A stretch of 63,992 nucleotides of DNA, the filler included, from Octopus bimaculoides (taxonomy: Eukaryota): assembly GCF_001194135.2 (NCBI RefSeq). It is 7 parts of 7 records of this genome, joined end to end, with 100 filler letters (N's around TTAATTAATTAA, not from the genome) between each part and the next. Parts side by side here need not be neighbours in the genome. Positions count along the whole stretch, not along the records: positions 49,815 to 56,751 come from NC_068997.1; positions 56,852 to 62,795 come from NC_068981.1; positions 62,896 to 63,992 come from NW_026404638.1; 4 more parts are not named here. The stretch is one strand, 5' to 3'. Positions 54,681-63,992 of this stretch are shown here, piece by piece. A program made the translations under genes and the position numbers. The first letter of the stretch is position 1. The number at the start of each line of letters is the position of its first letter. The notes under the pieces were generated by a model, which searched no databases, was not told the DNA's origin, and was given only the letters and a program-made list of their open reading frames with translations.

Positions 54681-55003
54681 GCATGGCCAAAGCTCTGAGC
54701 GGAAAGTGGAATATATATATACCTATATATATCATCATCATATATATATATTTATATATATCATGGCAGCTCCTTCACCCTGACGTGGCCGATGCCAGTC
54801 CTGCCTGACTGGCTCTCGTGCCAGTAGCATGTAAAATGCAACCACTACACTCTCGGGGTGGTTGGCATTAGGAAGCGTATACAGCTGTAGAAACATTGGA
54901 GCCTGGTGCAGCCTCTTGACTTGCCAGACCTCAGTCAAACCATCCAACACATGCCAGTATGGAAAATGAACGTTAACCGATGATAATGATGATGATATGT
55001 ATA

Positions 55004-55032
<29 letters not shown>

Positions 55033-55040
<8 letters not shown>

Positions 55041-55585
55041 TTAAATAAGAGCTAAAATCTAATCCATTGTAAAGACTTTATTATGACCTATGATCATTTC
55101 GATGCAATATCCAGATCGATTCATGCATATTATAAAATATGGAATATTGTATCTCTTTAGGGTCGGATTAAATCAAAGCAGACAGTAAAAATAGACAACA
55201 TTCATAGTTGACCTATTATTACATGTAAATAAACAAGTTGAAAAGACATGATACGTAATGAAACTGCATAGCATATCAGTGTTAAAACCGATAGAAGACA
55301 AAGTAAATGATAATTGATGCTAATTTATGATGTTATCCTATGAAGTTAGATAATGAACCAATACGGAACGCTGTACATTTCAAACAGACCGTTGGACTTA
55401 TGAAAGTAAATAAAAAATTCAGACCGAAGAAAAAGCCGGCTTTGATTTAATCCGACCCTGAAGAGATACAATATTCCATATTTTATAATATGCATGAATC
55501 TATCTGGGTATTGCATCGAAATGAACATAGGTCATAATAAAGTCTTTACAGTGGATCAGATTTCAGCTCTTATTTAAATCGATAT
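55033..55585. mobile_element. Inverted-repeat element (147-bp arms), each arm carrying a hammerhead ribozyme motif
   Basis: 55033-55179 is inverted to 55439-55585. The plus-strand arm reads GACC-CTGAAGA-stem II-GAAA-TGAACA-TA-GGTC at 55454-55533. Confidence 0.85.
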
Positions 55586-55751
55586 ACATATAATAACTCA
55601 CATGCGAGTATTTTGCTACGTTTGATAACAGATACAATATTTTTACCAAATTTTGGTATAAATCTATAAATNNNNNNNNNNNNNNNNNNNNNNNNNNNNN
55701 NNNNNNNNNNNNNNNNNNNNNNNNNNNNNNNNNNNNNNNNNNNNNNNNNNN

Positions 55752-55782
<31 letters not shown>

Positions 55783-55929
55783 TATTCTTTTATGTGTTTC
55801 GGCCAATTGGCTGTGGTCATGCTGGAGCACCACCATGAGTTATCACTCTTTATTTTCATACCCTCTTCACAATCATTCCAAGTTTCATCTCCTCCAACTA
55901 ATGTGATCGCATCAAAATTGTTGATGGCC

Positions 55930-56510
55930 CATCTGGTGTGTGAAGGAATTTGACACTGCTGCCCTTAACTGTGTCTCATGTCAAGCCATTGGTTCATCTG
56001 GTATTGTGGATAAGAGAGTGTCCAGTTTCTTTTTGAAAACTTCCACATCTATATCGTATAAGTCTCTCTATTGTTTTGGCAGAGCATTGAAGAGCTGCTA
56101 TCCTCTGAACCCGAGGCTGTTGCAGTATCTACTTTTTATATTAGATGCATTGGACAGTACCTTTGGTGCTATGCCGTGGTGTCCAGTATGAGCATTCATT
56201 TAACACTTGATGCCAAAACTGGGTATTAGCCCTTCCAGTATTTTCCACTTGTAAATTATTACATATCTCCCATGTTTGCGCTCTAGAGAGTAGAGTAGTA
56301 ATTTTTTCAGATCTCCCTGTAGTTCATCTGTGTAGTAAAGCTGGATTGGTTCAAGATTCATTATTAGATTGATACTGTGTCTAGGCAGCTGAGGATTAAG
56401 GTCTTTGATAGAATCAACATGAATTCCTGATGTCTTGTCCTGAATGTCCTTAGTATCCATTCCGCCTGTTGTTTGCACTTTACTAGCCAACTTCGTAATG
56501 TGCATCTGAA
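55930..56510 (-). mobile_element. CR1-like LINE 3' fragment, same family as 53850-54680, opposite orientation
   Basis: YSLERKHGRYVIIYKWKILEGLIPSFGI and WILRTFRTR remnants. Confidence 0.78.
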
Positions 56511-56512
56511 AT

Positions 56513-56584
<72 letters not shown>

Positions 56585-56697
56585 CATACACATATATATA
56601 TATACATATATATTTATATAATATATATATTTATATAATATATATATATACATACATATATCAATGCATATATATTAAATATATGTATATATGTATT

Positions 56698-56731
<34 letters not shown>

Positions 56732-56899
56732 TGTATATAAATACATATATANNNNNNNNNNNNNNNNNNNNNNNNNNNNNNNNNNNNNNNNNNNNTTAAT
56801 TAATTAANNNNNNNNNNNNNNNNNNNNNNNNNNNNNNNNNNNNNNNNNNNNACAAAGATGTATGCATATTTATGCATGTACGTATACATGACAACAAAC

Positions 56900-56938
<39 letters not shown>

Positions 56939-57254
56939 TTCCATTTCATCTGATGTGTGATAATGTGTGTGTGTGCGTGTGTGCTTTCGTGCGTGCGTGA
57001 GGAGTTCCACAATCGCAATTTATTTCAATTACTCTTGTGAGGATATTCACGTACATCATTTTTTTCATTTAATCCACATTTTAATTTTCGTAAAAGTTTC
57101 CAAGTACCAATGAGGCTTTTTGGCGCATCTGCAATTTTCCAATTCATGAGAGGTGCCCAGTCATCATTCATCTCAGAGTCCATCTACAGAATGTCCTCAG
57201 ATTTCTATACAGCATATTTTGCTTTTTTCCTTCCAGTATATAAGCAGCAATTTC

Positions 57255-57720
57255 ATTCCTGGGCAACGCCGGGTTGCTCAGCTAGTAATATATAAAATCC
57301 GTTCGATCTGTCTGTTTGTACGCTTATAACTCGAGTGTTGTTCATCCGATCACGCTGAAATTTTAAACATGGATACAAGAGAGAGCGGAACGCTCCGTAA
57401 TTAAAAGAAAATTTTCAAAATTGCTAGTTTCAAAGTGAGAATCGCTAATTTTGTAATCTTTTTGTCCTGTTTCTTTCGCCATTAAAACCAACGTGTTTGC
57501 TCAGACAGCAGGCACATACCATTTCGCTAGCAACAAGGGGAGTACAGAATGACAGTCAGCCCAAACCGTCGTTATGTTATCTCTCTTCTTTCCTCTCTCT
57601 GACTCTCTTATGATGTCCTATTCCATTTGAAGTTGTATATATTGTGTTAAGTTTCATTATCAAACAATTATCCCAATTCAGAAGAAACAGTCAAAATTAA
57701 CCAACACATACAATCATCAG
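57255..57720 (+). mobile_element. Junction of a Helitron-like 3' end (hairpin + CTAG) with the 5' part of another non-autonomous Helitron-like element
   Basis: GCAAC-GCCGG-GTTGC hairpin 4 nt before CTAG|T (57282-57285). It is followed by TAATATATAAAATCC...CTGTCTGTTTG...GCTGAAATTT, a typical non-autonomous Helitron head pattern. Confidence 0.55.
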
Positions 57721-58699
57721 ACATCTCCACTACTTAACACTGTCCGAGTTTGGGGCTAATAATCTTTAGCTTTAGTTACAGTTTCTCATTCAAACTGCCT
57801 AATAGGCAGAATTGTTAGATTAAGACAGTAGGGTGTTTTGAGGGAGATTTGGCTGCTATTTCTATCAGGTCTACCTACCATGTAGATATCTTCCTCATTA
57901 GCTCATACATACATATATACATAAGATCGAAATAAAATAATTAAAGCCACAGTCGTCAAATACAAAATCCAATGTCCGTGAAAAATCATGAGTCAAATAA
58001 ATTTCCAACTTCTTGCCTAATGCGAGCCCAGAGCAATCTCTTGTCACTTGCACTATTCCTGTATTATGTCCCTATTGTAATGTAAGATGATACTTTTAGT
58101 TTGAAAGAAGTCTGCCCTATATATATATATTCCTTATGTATTCCAAAACTGAGTTACAGATTTTGACGTATAGGGTGTCAAAAGATTCAGTACAATTTCG
58201 GCTACAAATTAAACTTAATTTCCATTCACATATTTGCATCTCAAAAATTTAACATTTTAATCTTTTCCATTAATCAACTATCGTAAATATTTTATACGAT
58301 GACGTCTCATTTTCTATATGTGTGTGTACCTTAAAATACATAAATAATCACGACACACGCCTTCACTCAGTCACTCTATCTTTCTTTTTCACTCTCTTTC
58401 TCTCTCACACACACATACACAAGCACGCGCCTGCGCACACACACGTCCATTTCATATAGACGTACATACATCTTTCACTTTCTTTTTCTATCCTTGTCGC
58501 TTTCTCTTCTTTCAATTTCTGCTCTCTTCAAACATATGTTTATGGAATGAGCGGGAGAAACACAGAAAATACGTAATCTCACCAGAAACAAGTATAAAGC
58601 AAGGAGGACTTTAGAAAACCAAAGGCAAGACTCTGATGAGAGATGAAATTTTCTCAAGATCAGCAAAAGCAGCGCTTAATGCTGGATCATTAAATCAAT

Positions 58700-59289
58700 G
58701 TTTTAATGATTAGATAGAGTTCCAGTAGAATAGCTCTCAGAAGCAGACTACGTAAAAATTCGTTCTTCACAACTCCTAAAGCTGTTTTCGGATATGATCC
58801 ATCCCATTCTTATAAAAATGATAACTCTGTGCAATTTGGTGTGCTAAACACAATTTCTCGTTTTTGTAGAGCTTTATAATTTTCAAATGAAACAAATGGC
58901 GAATGAAAATGAAACAAATGGCGAATGAAAAGAGTTATAGCAGAATTTGTGCTTTGCTTGCATACGGAAGTTCAAAAGATGCCATGACTGAACGCGTGTC
59001 GTAAACTGAAAGAAAAGTCGGAAATTGATCCGGACCTTTTTTCGAGGGCCACTACTGCTGACGAATGCTGGTGCAGTGGAATTTACAGATGAGGAAATGG
59101 TGAAGTAAAAAATTAAACGACGGTGGCGTTAAAAGGAATCACTTACAAAGAGTTCCAATTCTGCTCTGAACAGTGGAAAACGCGTCTAGACCGGTGCATT
59201 GCTTCAAATGACGAATAATGTGGGGGCAATAAAACTAAGTGAATAAAATAATATTGGCAAAATTCCGGTTCCTTTCGGGTAACGCCTCG
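58700..59289 (+). mobile_element. Internally deleted mariner derivative
   Basis: 3' remnant EQWKTRLDRCIASN.E and TIR-like end CCGGTTCCTTTCGGGTAACGCCTCG. The left end is approximate. Confidence 0.6.
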
Positions 59290-60155
59290 ATTAGGGACAT
59301 CATCTATTTCACAACACTATCTTCAATTCCAACAAATACTTTTCTTCCTAAGGTAATGCCTGACTACGTTCCTAGATTTTCTATCCAAGTTACCAGTTTT
59401 TCATTTGTCCCTTCCATAAAACTTGTGTAGTAACGTTGATACCTCTGATCAGGTTCCCTCCATGAGTTGATTTGACTATTGAGGATCACCAGACACTTAG
59501 CTAGTTTTGACTGTCTTTTTAATTCACTTTACTCACATAACAAAATTTATATGCAAAACAAACACATTAAAAAAATATACGTATAGAAAGGTAGGGATGA
59601 TAAAAGAAAGATATGAGAATACTTGAATGCTGATCAATATCAATTTAATTTGCTATAAAAATTAAAGAGAAAAGATTGTGTGTCTGACATATACTACAAA
59701 AACAAAAATTTGACATAGTGTTTGTGTGCGTGGTACCTGTTAGAAATGTCTTTTGTGGACGGTACTTATTAGAAATATCATCATCCTCCCCATCATCATC
59801 ATCCCAATCATCATCATCGTTTATTTTATTATCAATATTTCTAGAGCAGAATGGTGGCGAGCTGTCAGAATCGTTAGCACGCCAGGAGAAATGCCTAGCG
59901 ATATTTCGTTTGCCGTTACGTTCTAACTTCAAATTCCGTCGATTTCGACTTTGCTTTTCATCCTTTCGGAGTCGATAAATTAACTACCAGTTGTGCCTAG
60001 AGTAAAAAATAATCTGATATCGCGTGCCTAAATTATAAACAGTTGCTAATATACGAATTTCATTCACCATTTGTTTTCCTGATGCGTTTGTATAGAGTTA
60101 TGTTGTGAAACGTTTTATTACTGCGTATCTATACTAGCATTATCTTTCGCAGGTT

Positions 60156-60186
<31 letters not shown>

Positions 60187-60404
60187 TTTTATTTTCAAAT
60201 GTTCTTTACATATCTAAGCTGCTGCTCTGCTTCCCAGAAATAATAGCCACATATAATCTGGATTGAAACACTAAATTTCACACACCTTCACCAAAAATAA
60301 AGCACTGTGACTAGAATTAGTATTGTAAGGTTACGGTAGCTTTTGATCTTAATTCTGTTCGGTTAGGGATGATTAAGGGCTAAATAACGTCAACTACAAC
60401 GCGC

Positions 60405-60458
60405 TTTCCTTCTTCTTCTTCTTCTTCTTCTTCTTCTTCTTCTTCTTCTTCTTCTTCT

Positions 60459-60489
<31 letters not shown>

Positions 60490-60565
60490 CATCAACATCA
60501 TCATCAACATCATCATCATCATCATCATCATTATCATCATCATCATCATCATCAACAACAACAAC
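60405..60565. repeat. Compound (TTC)n/(ATC)n/(AAC)n trinucleotide microsatellite
   Basis: Direct inspection. Confidence 0.95.
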
Positions 60566-61369
60566 ATCAGTTCCTGTTTTCATTCTCTTGCTCATGTTTT
60601 TTTCTTGTATAAATAAGTCCAAACACAAAATATTTTATTGCTTTCTTCTTTGTTTTCGTCTACGACTTATAGTCTCAGTATTTTCAGTCTCTTCTCTTGT
60701 TTTACTTATTTCAATACAAATATTGCAAGGAATACTACGTCTATACTACTACTACTTCTACTATAAACAATATTACTATTGCTGCTGCCGTTACTACTGC
60801 TCTCGTTGCTGCTGCCATTGCTGTTGCTGCTACGCCGCTTTATAAAGTCCTCGGCTTTTCTTTTAATAGATTGCTGCCTCACGAGACATAAAAGCTGAAT
60901 AAAAACAGAAAGCAAATAGACAAATTGATAAAAGTATTGCTTTATGAACACATTTCTGGTTTCTTCACTTGGAATAAGAAACTGAAGACTATGAAAGAAT
61001 TTCTTCATTTCATCATTTAATTATTTTTCTTTTCGAGGTTTGGTTTATTTCTTTAATTATTTACCATTGTTTATGCCGCTTGCAAATTGTTTGAAGTTTC
61101 AATTCTTTTCACAAGTTTTGTGAACAGCAAAATCAAGGAGATCCCTCGAGGATTCATTAGCGATTGAAAGCGATGAATCATTTATATAGCAAGCTCAGAT
61201 TACAAACAAACTTGACAGCTGAATTTAATCACTTATATATGTGTGCGTAAGTGAGTGAGTAGTAGATGTCTACGTGCGTGAGTTTATATGTAGACGCGCA
61301 CAGAAACACATATATGAATAGACTTATATGTATATTTTTAAATGTGTGTGTATATAAATGCACACACAG

Positions 61370-61411
<42 letters not shown>

Positions 61412-62895
61412 ATATATGTATGTATATAGTTTTAATTTAACTTTTACCAGCGTGTGCATGGCACTGCATTGTGAAAAATCACGCATATTTACATGTGCTT
61501 GAAAGCGTTTCATCACACACCTGCTCACTATTTGATGGTGAAATGAAGTAGAGATTCTGTTGTAAACAATGTTATAATTTTACATTTCTTAATAAAATTC
61601 ATTTATTGAATGAAAGAAGAGTTCATTTTGTAGAATGTAATATCAAAAACACATTCAATAAATACGCATTTAATTTCTATGTTCTATACAAAATAACAGA
61701 TACACAGACGTAGTGTCCTCATAAACACATAGACGAATATGTGTGAGTGTCTCTGTGTGATCGTGTGTGAGTATGTGTATCTATATGTGTGTGTGTATTA
61801 AGATGAAATAAAAAATAGACAAGTAATTATTTATGGCATCAAAACATAAAAATGTTACGCAAATGCGCATACGAAAATAATTTAACAGAAAACAAGGAGA
61901 TACCGAAAATAGCGAAAATAATTTATTTCAGTACATGACGTATCTGATAATCGTCCTAAATATGAATTTTTATGCTTTCTGCTTTATTATATTTATGCGA
62001 ATTTGCACAACGTTATATAAATGTTTTTCGTTCAATAAAGTACTGCTTATCAATATCATAAACGATCTTGCTTTCATTAGGACGAGCGTAACTAATTCTC
62101 ATTTACGTGGATTACATCTCCCCTGATTGAGCATGGGATTTTCAGAATTTGGACAGGTCTTAGCACCAATCTGATCTGTACATATTATAAGTCATTTAAT
62201 GTATTCTTAGGCATTATATTTATATATACATACACACAATTAATATTCCTTTCATAGTGATTACACTTGTATTGCAGGCAGCGTTCATGTTTTTAACGCT
62301 GTTAACACTACTGAATTGAATGGAACTGCTCAGGTTTCAAAACTATCGTGATATTCTTTTGGCAGCTGATGATAGGTATACATATTTGTTATACTTGTCT
62401 GCGAATATTGTATACTGAGATGAACTTTATTCGAGTAATGCGTTTGTGGATTCATGGTTTGGGGAGATTACATATTTTGAAGTTTTACGCTTAATTGACG
62501 CTTTGATATTAGTGTCTAGTTTTGGGAGGTTCCGTGACCGATGCATACACACAAACACAGGCATACGCACATACACACACACACATACATATATACATAC
62601 GTATAGGAAAGCGTTGATAAAAAATCTATGCACTTATAAATGAAGTACCCAGTGTTAAAAACAATTTACAACAATCAAACAGAAAATGTAAATAGAATAT
62701 ACATCCAATGTAAATCCTGATGTATGACAAGTAAATCGAAATATCCTTTAGAAGAATTTCGCGAATTCCAGAGTATTTGACAAAGAAAAATACGTNNNNN
62801 NNNNNNNNNNNNNNNNNNNNNNNNNNNNNNNNNNNNNNNTTAATTAATTAANNNNNNNNNNNNNNNNNNNNNNNNNNNNNNNNNNNNNNNNNNNN

Positions 62896-63992
62896 CAAAT
62901 CAGAAGAAACTGTTTCAGGAACTAGATGGGCAAATACACATAACATTGATACCAGATGCAGAGGAAAGCAAGACATTCTGGAGAGGGATATTGGACCAAC
63001 CTGTAGAGCATAATGATGAAGCAGACTTGCTGCATAAAATCCAAGACAGGTTAAGAAACATAGAAGTCCAAGAAGACAAAGGTAACAACACAAATAATTA
63101 AAAAAACAGTTAAGGAAATTCCTAAATTGTAAGAGCCCAGAACCAGATGGGGTCCAAGGTTATTGGATGAAGAAGCTGAGAGGGCTCCATGAAAATATAG
63201 TGCAACAGCTAGATGAATGCTTGCAGAAAGGTGCAGTACCCAGCTGGATGACAAAGGGAAAGACATTGTTATATGCCAAAGATCCTGAAAAGAGAAATGT
63301 TACATCCAACTTTAGACCAATAACATGCCTTCTGCTAATGTAGAAACTAATGTCAGGTGCTTTGACCAGTGAACTGCATAGATACTTGAAAAAAAGTGAA
63401 CTGCTACCCATTGAACAGAAAATGTGTCGAAAAACAAACCAGGCAACAAAGGATCAGCTTTTAATTGATAATCTAATTATCAGGAGCTGTAAGAGAAGGC
63501 ATGCAAACCTAAGCATTGTGTGGGTTGACTATCACAAAGTATATGATAGGATGCAACACTCCTGGAAAATAAGAGCAATGGAAGTGTATGGAGTAGCTGA
63601 AAATATGAGAAGCCTTATATGGAATCGCATGAAATGCTGCTAATACAGCAGGAAAGCAAGTATTAGGAGAGATGAAAATCAAGAGAGGAATCTTCCAGGG
63701 GGACAGTATATCCCCACTGATATTTATGCTGGAAATGATCCTCTTGAGTGAAATACTACAGAAAACAAAGTTGGGGTATGATCTAAGAAGAGGTAAGGGA
63801 AAACTGAACCACTTGCTATTCATAGATGACCCGAAGCTATTCACAAAAATCTGAGACAAAACTGGACAGCCTGGTCCAGTCTGTGTGGATTTTCTCCAAT
63901 GATAGTAAGATGGAGTTTGGACCCTCAAAATGTGCTAAGTTGATGATGAGATGAGGAAAGCTTGCCATATGGCATATGGTTGCCAAGTGGTG
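62896..63992 (+). mobile_element. Decayed R4/Dong-like non-LTR retrotransposon RT region (runs off window end)
   Basis: SPEPDGVQGYW, NFRPITCL, EQK.CRK....TKDQLLID, WVDYHKVYD, IKRGIFQGDSISPLIF, LNHLLFIDD. Confidence 0.92.

Noticed and set aside
58634-58665. CTGATGA-GAGA..TCTC
   Set aside because: GAAA core and stems I/III are absent.
60380-60628. Acidic poly-D/E ORF
   Set aside because: It is a translation of trinucleotide microsatellites.
62361-62410. CTGATGA followed by an 8-bp hairpin
   Set aside because: No GAAA after the stem and no matching stem I.

Overview
AT-rich, microsatellite-dense, gapped animal genomic DNA. The SINE, mariner and Penelope content points to a cephalopod, probably Octopus (inference). 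It contains two divergently oriented host genes that the ORF track largely missed. (1) Four in-frame minus-strand exons of a ribonuclease T2 gene (14546-14479, 11130-11017, 8858-8810, 2897-2826), including the HEWEKHGTC active-site motif. (2) Coding exon 1 of a heterotrimeric G-protein alpha subunit (41193-41316, +), possibly of the rare Gv class, followed by an intron of more than 22 kb. The rest is mostly transposon debris: mariner/Tc1, hAT MITEs, R4-, HERO- and CR1-like LINEs, Penelope-like elements (PLEs), Helitron ends and tRNA-SINEs. There is also a 5'-clipped initiator tRNA-Met copy. The most striking unexplained layer is a set of hammerhead ribozyme (HHR) motifs inside inverted-repeat elements. 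One is a TSD-flanked element that joins a Pol III tRNA-type head to a minimal hammerhead and an inverted partial terminus. It looks like a SINE/retrozyme hybrid mobilised by Penelope-type machinery and lies sense within an RNase T2 intron. No CRISPR or rRNA was seen. All calls were made by eye; no alignments or folding programs were run.
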